64,000 nucleotides of DNA. Origin: Eledone cirrhosa (Eukaryota). Below, in pieces: positions 53,481 through 64,000 of this stretch. The notes under the pieces are model-generated. The model was not told the DNA's origin. It ran no database searches and saw nothing but the letters and a program-made list of their open reading frames with translations. Within the stretch, counting starts at the first letter, position 1. Each line of letters starts with the position of its first letter. The stretch spans positions 62,186,001 through 62,250,000 of the forward strand of contig OZ024740.1 of NCBI GenBank assembly GCA_964016885.1, read 5' to 3'. Made by a program: the position numbers and the translations under genes.

Positions 53481-54683
53481 AACACCTCTTCAGTTAACTG
53501 GTCATATGCATTTTGTTTTGCCAAACCAAAACCTCTCAAAAGTACTTTTAACACATTACATGGCCTCTGAGACTGTTAGAAGGGAAGGAAGAAATTATTC
53601 TCAAATCAGAAACCTGGCCTAAATGCTTGCAAAAGAGTGGATTGTGCTAAAGTACCCAAGTAAACCACAGCAGAATTTGAATTCAAAATGCAAAGAGCCA
53701 GAACAAATACTGCAAGGGTTCTTGTCCAACTCCTTATTGTTTATGCTAAGCTACTGTCCTGTGCAGGTACTTTATTTTGAATGAATGAAAGATAAAGTTG
53801 ACTTTAGTGGGATTTGAACTGAGTGCAGAGATCCAGGACAAATATTGCAAGGCATTTTGTTTTTCACTCTAACGACTCTGCCAATTTACTGCCTGCATTA
53901 ATAAGACAAGAAACAAATTTCATCTTGGTTGAAAGAAAAATCTGTTGAAAGTAACTTTTTGCAAAATATCTGGTACCCATTCTCCAGTTAGAGAAACAAA
54001 AGCCACTAGAATAAAGTGTGCAGACAAATTAACATACATTTTTAATGCCATATGAAATTACAGTATATTTATCTTTACAAGTGCTAACATATTTATTTTA
54101 AATGTTATTAATTTTTCTATTAAGCAATATTTTTGTTAATAATGTATCACTGTTACCAATACAAACACTGTGACACTAAAAGTTAGCGTGGTGAGAGACA
54201 GTGCTTTACAATTGAATGGAGACAATATAGGGTTTGAGAGGCTGAGCATATGACAACCTTTCTACTACTGGTGCCACAAAAAATGCACCCAGTACATTCT
54301 GTATGGTGGTTGATGTTAGGAAGGCATCCAGCTGTAGAAAACATGCCAAATATAGAAAGTGTGAGCAAGGTAATTTTGCTCTAACCTATCTAGTCTTGAA
54401 TAGTGACAACCTACCCATCTTATGACAGTGTGGAAAGTGGATGTAAAATGATGATGTAAATTAAACCGGAAATATTTATAAAACTACTTACTATTAGTTT
54501 ATATATCAGAGCTTTTCTGCTCAGAATGACATTCCTACTGAAGTAACTTTTTCTTTTCATCTTTTCTAGTGTCAATAAAATAAATACCAGTCAAGTACTG
54601 GTGTAAACATGGCTGTCAGATTAAAAAGTTCATTCAATCACATGGTTTTGGGTTCCATCTACTGTGCATTATTTTGGACAGGC

Positions 54684-54946
54684 GCGGTGGATTGGCAATA
54701 TCGGTAGAGGGTCGGACGCCATGCTTTGACACATATATGACACATATATATATGACGCCATGCTTTGACACATTATGGCCCTTGCCATTCTGAGTTCAAA
54801 TCCCGCCGAGGTTAATTTTGCCTTTCATCCTTACGGGGTCAATAAAATAAAGTACCAGTAATGTACTGGGTAATTGCTGGCCTTGTGCCAAAAGTAGAAA
54901 CAATTATTTTGGGCAAGTGCGGTGGATTGGCAGTAACGGTAGAGGG
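54684..54946 (+). mobile_element. tRNA-derived SINE plus a second truncated head, inside a CORE-SINE relic
   Basis: GCGGTGGATTGGCA...GAGTTCAAATCCCGCCGAGG...GTAGAAACAATTAT, followed by a repeat of the head GCGGTGGATTGGCAGTAACGGTAGAGGG. Confidence 0.85.
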
Positions 54947-55356
54947 TTTTAATTTTTCTTTAATGGGATTGAGTGAAGTATGTTATTTAAGAATTATGTG
55001 TATGATTTATAATTTAAAACAGTTACTGGAAACTGATGCGAGTTCAAAGAAATAGGTGAATTTATTGCTGTATCTGTTAGCATATAAAATAGCCTTAAGA
55101 TAGTATCATAAAACTTTTCTCATTAAGAGAATAATTCAAGATTTAGGCTTCAGAAATAATTTGTTAAAATGTCTAGACTGTGTATACATTACACTATAAC
55201 CCAGTTGTCTTGGTACTAACATGATTACTATTATAACTATATCAGAGTATAATAAACTCTTTTCATTAAACCAATAATTTAAGTTTTAGACTTTAGAAAT
55301 ATTTTTGTTCAAATGTCTAGACAAGTGTACATGTAAATGCATTACATTATATTATA

Positions 55357-55547
55357 GGGCGGTGGATTGGCAGTATCGGTAGAGGGTCGGACGCCATGCT
55401 TTCCAGCATAGTTACGTCCCTTTACGATCTGAGTTCAAATCCCGCCGAGGTTGCCTTTGCCTTTCATCCTTACAGGGTCGATAAAATAAAGTACCAGTAA
55501 TGCACTGGGTAATTGCTGGCCTTGTGCCTAAAGTAGAAACAATTATA
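55357..55547 (+). mobile_element. tRNA-derived SINE, clean full-length copy
   Basis: A-box TGGCAGTATCGG, B-box GAGTTCAAATCCC, GGCGG/CCGCC acceptor-like stem. The central GCCTTTCATCC...GGTCGATAAAATAAAGTACCAG resembles the conserved Meta-type SINE domain. ATTATA on both sides. Confidence 0.9.
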
Positions 55548-57261
55548 ATGAGGTGTCATTAAAAAAGTGATCTGTCTTGGTACTAACATAACTACTCTTA
55601 TGACCATATGAGATTATTATAAACTATTCTCAATAAAACAATTTAAGAGAGGTGAGCTCTCTTGGTATTTGACTACTCTTATGATCACTATTTAACTCTT
55701 GATACAAAACTATATTTTCAAGTGTTTTATAATCTAAATATATATCATAATTTTATCTAAAAATTTCCATTTCAAACACCAGTGTGATAATGAGAATGTT
55801 AGTTATATTATTAAATCCTTTACAAGTCTTAAATATTTCCAAATGGTTTGGAAATAATGGGCAGTATCCTTCATTAGAAATGTGGTAATGAAAGAGTTAA
55901 CTCATGGTGATGACTGCTGTCGGCTGTTCAGCAAACATGCTTTCAGTGAGATTATAAGAATTTTATTTCAGATAATTATCTTCGAAAGTATTGTCTGCTT
56001 TTCCTTTCCTAGAAGTAGTCATGAGATCATTGAGACTGGTTACTAAATAATATGTAAATGGAAGAAATTCTGATGTCACCTCATTTCCTGATGTAGCAGG
56101 TATATCTGTCTAACAGAAGAAGGAAACCCATCAATATTTATACTCAGCTACATCACAGCTGAAATAAAGTAAAGTCTTGTAGAAATCAATACTTTTTCTC
56201 CCTCCAATCTATCAGGATGTATCAATTTTATTAGAGTAAGATGTAAATGCATTATCTACTAATTTGTTTATTAGTGACATTGCAGAGCTCAATTTCTGCA
56301 TTGTTGATTCAATAAAGAGAACTCACTACTTACACTGTCTGTCTTAGTGTGTCTATTCAGTCATATGTTATGTTTCCTTCAGCCATAGTTATTATCGATA
56401 AACTCTTTCTGACCCTGTGCTTTCATCAGGATCCTAGTCACTGTATTCTGAAAACTGCTTTTATCACTCACAGTATTATCACCTTGCTTTACTCTCCCCA
56501 CAACTCTTTCTGTCTTGTATCATTAGATAGTATGAATTAGTAGATGTAAAGACCACACTATTCTAATCTGAAACTGGTTATTTAAGGCTGGAATCATTGA
56601 TTCAAGCAATCAATGTATGTTTATTCATCTTATAAGAATTTAATAAATTAACCAATTGTTTGACCTTCAGTAATTTCACCTTGACCTCGATGGAGCAAAA
56701 AATGGTTGTTACAATATTTGTCCTTTTCCAAAAGGCCTTTGTAATATGAATGAAGTGGAAATTGTTTCAACAAGAAGTTAAAATCAGCTTGCCGAGAACT
56801 TGTGACCTAGAACAGTAATGGACAAACCTTTTTTGAGTTGGGCCAAACTAGAAATGCGCTTTTGGGCTTTGAGAAGCATCACGGTCTCATTTAATCTCTT
56901 CCCCCCCCCCCTCTCTTCCCTTTAGTGTTTGGTCATTTCTTCTAGAGCACCTTTTTCTCTTTGATATGTTTATAGAACTTGACTACAGTTAATTGACACT
57001 TTACGAGATTGCTTAAATTAATTAGCGAAACCCCTTTCAATATATCACAACTTTGTACATAACACAATAAATAAGTGTCTATCATTTTAAATGGATTTCA
57101 AATAAATATTATAAAATATATATGATATGATCAATTTTCTGATGTTTTCTGTAAAAAAATCCCATTGCATAAATATCAACCATGCAATTTGGCAACAGTT
57201 TTTAGACATTTTTAATTTAAGACTCTGTTCTTTGACTTATACACACACACATGTATAGATT

Positions 57262-58597
57262 TTTTTATATTCAATCCTACAACTTTGAGACTGATCTTTA
57301 TTCATGGCCATAGCAAAATTGGCTCTAACAGGAAACTGAAGTCTTGTGAATTTGAATGGCAGCTCAGTAAAGGAATCTTGGGAACAAATGCATTTTCCCC
57401 TTGATGATTGCCTCCAAGAATAGTGTCCTCTGGAGATGGTTCATCATCCACCTGATTGTTAGGCGTGTGCCATTGCATAGACGTGGCTGGTCCAGGTTTC
57501 TCAAAAGGATTATGGTAGTTCCAAACTTTAGCATCAATTTGTGTGGAGGAAGTCCAGGAAGTTCCAGACTATTAAGGAACTCTGCAGGATAATTAACAAC
57601 TTCATCATCCTCTTCAACCTTGTCAATAGAGACATATGTATGAACCTTCCCTGGGAGCATATCCAGCAGGCATTGGTTGATCTGATTTATCATATCATTT
57701 TTTGGTGCTAAAATTGCTGACTCAAACAGCCATAATTGATTTATATAATTTGTGGCAACATTTGGAAATACTTGATCAATTAGTCGATTTGCTGTATTAC
57801 AAACATTTCCAAATGGCAGGCTGACTTCTCCATTTTCATCTTGTTGCAGATTTCCATCACCCAGTGTAATTAGATGTTTTGCAAAAGTATCAATTTCTGG
57901 ATCATTGTACAACTGCACTCTCATGTTTGTCCTCAAGACTAATTGCTGGACTTGTTGCCATATACTTGAGACTTTGAGGCGAGCATTTACAATATCAGCT
58001 CTCATGCCTTTGGGAATGATGGGGAGAATCTGTCTGAATTCACCAGCAAGCACCATCGTTACTCCTCCCATGATTTCATTACATCCTCTGATGTCTCAAA
58101 GAATTGTCCAGAGCTTCACATAACCTTCTATGTGCCATTGTGGCCTCATCCGATATGATCACAAAACATTTCTCTAAAAGCTTTGATTCTGGCATGTTCT
58201 TTTTGATATTGTCGTCTTCAGGATAAAGCAATTCAGTGCTTATGATTTTAGCAATTTTATCTAAGTGAATGTGATCTGTTCACCAAATTAGCATGTGGGA
58301 ATGAGGAAGACCACTTTTCTGCCATTCAATAGTGTAAAGCCAACATCTTAGTTTACCAAAGATTTGTCCATCTTTTAACAGCCACATCAAGATTTTCTGT
58401 TTTTCATTGAAAGCTCTAGCAATGATGTCAGGTCTATCTTTTGCATCTTGGTGTTCAAACAGTTCATTTTGAATTTCAGACCACACAGGATTGCATGTAA
58501 ATGTAAGGAAAAGATCTGGACAACCAAATTTTCTTACATATACCATGGCATCTTGTGTGCTCAGCCATATAGCTTGAAGACACCAACCAACAAACAT
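57262..58597 (-). mobile_element. Helitron RepHel pseudogene (HUH Rep plus PIF1 helicase), internally deleted
   Basis: Rep: PDLFLTFTCNP, RPDIIARAF, YTIEWQKSGLPHSHMLIW. Helicase: IISDEATM, GGVTMVLAGEFRQILP, LAPKN, EFLNSL..PGLPPH.L.LK, LLRNL..PRLCNGTRL, QFPVRANFAMAMNK. Stops and frameshifts present. Confidence 0.93.
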
Positions 58598-58769
58598 CTA
58601 TTTTATATTATATATAGACTATAACAACAACTAGTTTTGTTATTCTACCTACCCCTTTTTCAACCAAATCCAGTTCCAAACTAGTGTATAGGGTTAGAAT
58701 TCATACACATGCATTGTTTTTATTATACTTATTCTGCCTAAACTAGTCAAAAATTCATTAGTACATCCT

Positions 58770-59115
58770 ATACTCCACCTCATATTCATTCTGTGGGTAC
58801 TCTTGAAATGTAGATCAGGTGGAATTGTGGAGTTGCTAGAAAGGAGGCATATAAATGTATCCTGTATACAAGAAGTAAGATGGAGGGGTGCTTCAACATG
58901 ACTACTCACATGCAAACAGCGTAGTTACAAGCTTTTCTGGGTAGGAAATGACGATGAGGTAGGAGGTAGGCTTTCGACTAGCTTCAATTGATATGCAATG
59001 TTAATGTAAGAGCTTGGATGAATTGAGAGAAAAACTGAGTATAAGAGGAATCAGAAGTAGTGTGTTAGATAGAAAACTGCATTGGTATGGACATGTGTTG
59101 CACCTGGATGGTGAA
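58770..59115 (+). mobile_element. Internally deleted RTE (EN N-terminus joined to the ORF C-terminus)
   Basis: VGT/LKCRSGGIVELLERRHINVSCIQEVRWRGAST*LLTCKQRSYKLFWVGNDDEVGG, followed within about 40 bp by ELREKLSIRGIRSSVLDRKLHWYGHVL. Confidence 0.8.
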
Positions 59116-59406
59116 AGCATTCAGATTAATATATATATTGACAATCATGAAATTGTGAAAGCGGTTAAACTATCGTAAATAAATCTTAAAAATTCAAAAT
59201 GTATTTTCAACTTCTTTTCTTTATATTTCTACCCCATGTAAGATGAAAAGCTTTCTCCCCCCCCCCCCCACAAAAAAAACACGCATGCACATATATGCAT
59301 ACACAAAAACACACATTTCTGTGTGAAGTCTTGATGAATTCGAAATATAATAATTTTTTTTTTGTATTTATGCCCTGTGATTAAATGTCTGTTTCTTTCT
59401 TTTCAG

Positions 59407-59600
59407 GGTTATCTCTTTATCACAGTGCTCATCAGTGCTGGCAGTGAACTCATGAAACTGGTCATTCAGTCAATCAAAAATGACCTAAACAGCCGCAACC
59501 CTGTACACGTTAACCTAGCTTTACAGTGTGTTGCCAATATTGGCAGCCGAGAAATGGCAGAAAACTTGGGTACGGAAATTCCACGTCTACTTGTATCGGG
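59407..59600 (+). CDS. AP2A: AP-2 complex subunit alpha, coding exon 4 (194 nt)
   Basis: tttcag acceptor. [64 protein letters not shown](G). Donor GG|gtgagt. Confidence 0.97.
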
Positions 59601-60975
59601 GTGAGTTACTTTGAATTTATGATTTTAAATAAACGATTTTGGTCCCTTAAGAAGAATGTTATTTGGCTAGCTTATCCCGTGGGCTGATAAAGTCAAGACT
59701 TCAGGTTTCAGAGCCAGGGAAAGATCACACTGGTGATGGATTAATGGAGTCACAGACAAGCTCCTCAGCCACATGAAACCTTCTTGATAGAAGCACCTGG
59801 ACAGAAGCAAAAGTATATATATAAACAGTAATTATAATTGTTTCCACTTTCAACCTCAGTAGGTGACTGGTATTTTATTTTAGCGACCCCCCAAGTTCAA
59901 TAAAAAAAATGAAAAAAATACCAGTTGGTTTGGGGGACCAAGTTTTGCTCGCATGTTCCATTATTGGCAAGATTTCTGTTACTGGAATGCCCTTCCTACC
60001 CCAACCATTTTACAGAGTGTACTATGTACATTTTATCATGGCAACAGCAGTAAAGTTATCTTGTACCCAGTGTTTCTGTCAACTTTTTTTGGTGGAATTT
60101 CACACAAAATTTGAGGCTGTTTATTCATTTCATCTCACCATATCTCAACTAAATAAATTCATCAATCTTCTTTACACCATTCATTCTTAATGTAATGCTA
60201 GTTTCCTTTTCTACCATAGTAAATGTCACATATACCTGCAAGCCAAAGAAGTAGACTTCTATGTGGTTGCTCAACCTTCTAGAAATAGCTGCCCTCAAAT
60301 CTTGTCTTATTGAAAAAAGAAAGGACACATTGGATAATGTCTTGGATTTATTTGGATAAGACAGAGTGCGTATGCTGAAATGTCTCCTTGTAGGTTTGCT
60401 CAATCTGGAACTAAATATCAACAACAAAAACATACCTTCTTTTACTATACATCACTTTCATTTTTCAAAGCACAACAAGTGCTACAACAAATTTTTCCAT
60501 CTTTACGCAGAGATTCTACCAAATTCTTAATTGATAAGTTGATTAAAATTTAGTATGCTCTTCATTTATTCTGATTTCAACCAATCTTTCATTATCCTTT
60601 TTGTGATTTACATCTAAGCAAATCTACTACTCTTTTTGGTGAGGACTTCACATCTTTTTGCCACATTTGTAAGAAAAAAACTGATTGTTTTCTTTTTCTT
60701 TGCTATGACTGGATATTGTTTTATTTCTAATATTTTTTAAGTCTTTCTCAAACCTACAAGCACATCAGGTCAGAGCATTTCACAGTTCTATGTGGTATTA
60801 AACACCCCTGTGGAGAGGATATAGCTGAGTGGACTAAGCAATGTAGAATAAAATACTTTACTCAAGGACATAATATGCCACCTGTTCTGGGAATCCAACA
60901 TATAATTTTGTTATTGTAAGTCTCAACACCCCAACCTCTAGGCCATTGCCTATTCATTATTCTTATCTCATGCCC

Positions 60976-61434
60976 TATGTCAGGTTACTTTCAAGTGCTA
61001 CTGGTAACATGTAACCCAGTACAACTTGTCGCATGGTCGGGTCATCGGTGACTAAATCGGCAACCCCACCAAGTTTACTTGGTGAGGAGAGTGATTTTGG
61101 ACACCCTGCAGGACAAAAAACAAAACCTGACAAAGAGCGGAAGAACTCACAAAAGTCAACGGCCATTTAAAAAAAAAAAAAAAGCCAAATCAATGGGTGG
61201 CAGTAGTTCCAGCTGCACACATCGAAAGACTGGTGTAGTGGTTCTGAGAACAATGTGGCTTTGCAGATGATTAATGCAAATTAGTTAGAAGACCTTCAGG
61301 AGAAGCATTGACCCCTGATTCTATTCAGCAACCGAAACAAATATGAAGTACACCAAATCCAATGCTCCTAGGGGTGGCCCTGGTTCTTCTTATTTGCTAG
61401 TATAAACTCAGCCAGATTAGATTAGATTAGATTA
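60976..61434 (+). mobile_element. Unclassified GC-richer non-coding retroelement with an (AGATT)n tail
   Basis: Composition shift and 3' tandem AGATTAGATTAGATTAGATTA. Flanked by TATGCCCTAT-like sequence (CATGCCCTAT at about 60970 and TATGCCCTAT at about 61433), consistent with a TSD. Confidence 0.55.
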
Positions 61435-61644
61435 TGCCCTATATTTTGTCTCATTGAAAATCTTTGATATGACCCAGAATATGTCCGTTTATACTATTTT
61501 TTATTTCTTATCTTGTCTCTTATATTGCCTCACAGAAAGAAAAAAAATTGACTTTTTCTCCGTACCATATACAAACCATAATTTTATTATAAAAGAAAAG
61601 AAAAATATATTTAAACTTGAACCATTTTCTGTTTTGTTTTCTAG

Positions 61645-61774
61645 GGAGACTATTGACTCTGTAAAGCAAAGTGCAGCCTTGACATTGCTGCGTTTATTGC
61701 GCACTTCACCTGACTTGATCCAGATGGGAGAATGGACATCTCGTGTTATTCACTTGTTGAATGACCAACATATG
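61645..61774 (+). CDS. AP2A: AP-2 complex subunit alpha, coding exon 5 (130 nt); gene continues beyond the window
   Basis: ttctag acceptor. (G)ETIDSVKQSAALTLLRLLRTSPDLIQMGEWTSRVIHLLNDQHM. Donor ATG|gtaata. Frame is continuous with exon 4. Confidence 0.97.
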
Positions 61775-61829
61775 GTAATAATGTTTGCCTTTAATGTCTA
61801 TAAGATCCTGTATAAAGCACAAAGACAGT

Positions 61830-62045
61830 TTAACCCTTTAGCATTTACATTACTCTATATATACTATTGTATTTTCACGGTAAACACCTGATCTCACATA
61901 ATATCGAATCTATGAGATTTTGATATTTTTTATTTTGAGAACAATATCTTAACATAAATATGAGCAGCTGGTTACCATCGGTTTGAACAGAAAGAGGTGA
62001 AAGAATTCTGGCCAGATATAGCCAGTTTAAATGCTGAAGGGTTAA
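61830..62045 (-). mobile_element. piggyBac-type MITE family 1, 55 nt downstream of AP2A exon 5
   Basis: TTAA|CCCTTTAGCATTTA...TAAATGCTGAAGGG|TTAA, collinear with 34831-35059. Confidence 0.9.
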
Positions 62046-62499
62046 TAGAGCAGTTTCGTATCAAAATGGTTAAAGTATAAAATATTATGTGCTTTACATA
62101 ACATAGATCTTCGTCCATATTTCATATGGGCTCTAAACACTATGCTAGCACACATTCTTCTGTTCCGTGTTTCATAATATCTAGCTAATCTTAATCCAAT
62201 TAACTTAAATTACAAACAATGTGATTAGTCTGGGCTGAGTGTCATTATCTTTCCATTTGTTAGAATGACCACTATTCAATGATAAATAGTACTATATTTC
62301 TTCAGCCTAGTTTCTTTCTTGCAACCTTTATCAACCAATAAAGCAAAGTGTAAGAGAGAGGCCATTTGTCATATTTTTTAAAGTCCATTTATTTCCTGCT
62401 ACCATAGAGGTAGTACTCTACTGCCAGTTGCCCTCCTTGATGTGAACCCTCACTTTTTATTTTTTACCGCTAATCTGCAGGATTTTTGTTTATGCAGAA

Positions 62500-64000
62500 T
62501 CATAATCATCATCATCGTTTAACGTCCGTGTTCCACGCTTGCATGGGTTTGGACGGGGGTTTTCCCACTTGAGGCAAGAGTGATTGTCTTGCTCGCATAG
62601 GACTATCTGGCAGGTTTTCTACAGTTGGATGCCCTTCCTAACACCAACCACATTTACAGTGTGGGTCTGGGAGGTTTTTACCGTGTTGCCTACACGGCCA
62701 CATTACAGCGTGGACTGTGTGTTTTTTTGTCGTGACACCTACACGATCTCATTTGTTTCAGCCTGGATGGTGTGGCACCAACATAACTTTACATAGAAGG
62801 GGCGGTGTGGATGGGGTGGGGGTGGTGGGACGGGGGTGTATTTTGTTAGAGATGCCTACTGACTGTAGTAGGTTTTACTTTGTATTTAGGTAAGGCGGGT
62901 CTTCTCTATTACTGAGTACCGCCAAAGGTCTCGGTCCAGTGACATTGTCTTGGTGAGGTGTAAGTGTGTGAGGTCGGAGTTTATCAGCTCGTCCCAGGTT
63001 TTTCTGGGTCTGCCTATTCCGTGGCTACCGTCTATCTTTATTGCCCTGCACTTTGTTATACAGCTATCGTCCTTCATGCGCATCACGTGACCATACCAAC
63101 GTAGCCTTCTCTCTAGTAAACAACATCTGATCCCTCTTATTTCTAATTTTTTCCTTAGTTCGTTTATGCTTTGTCATTCACGTATATTACTATTACACAT
63201 CCAGCAGAGCATGCAAGCTTCGTTCCTCTCTAGTCTGCGTATATCCTCTGCACACAATGCCCAGGTCTCACTGCCATGCAACATTGCTGTTCGTATGCAG
63301 GCATCGTACAACCTGCCTTTCATTTTTAGGGAGAACCCTTTAGCGGCTAATAGTGGTATAAGCTCTCTGAACTTTTTCCACCCAGTTCTGACTCTAGCTA
63401 CTGTACTTTCAGAGCACCCTCCCCCACTGCTGATTTTGTCACCCAGGTAACGGAAGCTGTCCACTATTTCTATAGAACCCTCTGCGCAGTTGAAAGAGCT
63501 AGTATTTTGTGGGCACTTGCTGCTACTTATTGCCCCAGAACACCGGCCACATGTAAAATCTATGTTCTTAGTTAGCTTACCTGTGATCCCACTACATCTT
63601 TTATGAACCCAAACTTTGCATTTGGGACACAAAATGGAATTTCTACCTACGCCTTTCCTACACTCTGCGCATGGCCACTTCCCGGAGGGGACCGCCGCCT
63701 TATTTTCTTTCTTACAAACTAGAACTTTAGTCTTAGCCAGGTTAATTTTAAGGCCTTTTGATTCTAGCCCGTGCTTCCATGTTTGGAATTTCTTCTCTAG
63801 CTCGGCCATTGATTCAGCTATGAGCGTTAGATCATCTGCGTATAGGAGTTCCCATGGGCAGCCGGTCTTGAACTCCACTGTTATAGCCTGGAGGGCAATA
63901 ATAAATAGTAGGGGGCTAAGAACAGAGCCCTGATGAACACCAACTTTTACACTAAACTCTTCACTATATTCGTTGTTAATTCTAACCTTGCTGACTGTTT
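62500..64000 (-). mobile_element. RTE LINE family A in AP2A intron 5 (continues beyond the window)
   Basis: ORFs 63174-63878 and 62886-63086 are one frame split by a CGA>TGA stop. YADD motif, 3' UTR and (GAT)n tail present. Confidence 0.96.

Noticed and set aside
56640-56960. Helitron 3' terminus or Helentron-like TGACCTTGACC element
   Set aside because: CTAG motifs are present, but there is no convincing subterminal hairpin and the similarity is too vague to call.
61454-61891. 145-aa ORF (and the 84/80-aa ORFs at 49830 and 59362) as standalone genes
   Set aside because: Only the splice-site-bounded cores match alpha-adaptin; the flanks are intron read-through.

Overview
AT-rich animal genomic DNA, most likely a coleoid cephalopod (Octopus-like). 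That assignment is an inference from the tRNA/CORE SINE, RTE-LINE and TTAA-MITE repertoire. The only host gene I can support is AP-2 complex subunit alpha (alpha-adaptin, AP2A) on the + strand: coding exons 2-5 at 44449-44517, 49900-50042, 59407-59600 and 61645-61774, all with canonical AG/GT sites. Exon 1 was not found, so most of the window is probably a very long intron 1. The rest is transposon-derived: two young RTE-clade LINE families with (GAT)n tails (one copy has an uninterrupted 815-codon EN-RT frame), older RTE and Expander/Rex3-like relics, an internally deleted Helitron, three TTAA-flanked piggyBac-type MITE families, a long-TIR foldback element, tRNA-derived SINEs (often in tandem or inverted arrays), microsatellites and a 200-N gap. 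Main observations: (1) a C4HC3 PHD-type zinc finger is inserted inside the RTE reverse transcriptase; (2) near-identical inverted LINEs bracket AP2A exons 4-5 (324 nt, phase 0 to phase 0), which predicts a stop-free circular RNA or an in-frame skip; (3) two independent LINE copies share a 5' truncation point at the PHD boundary; (4) the Helitron carries an in-frame Rep-helicase deletion junction.
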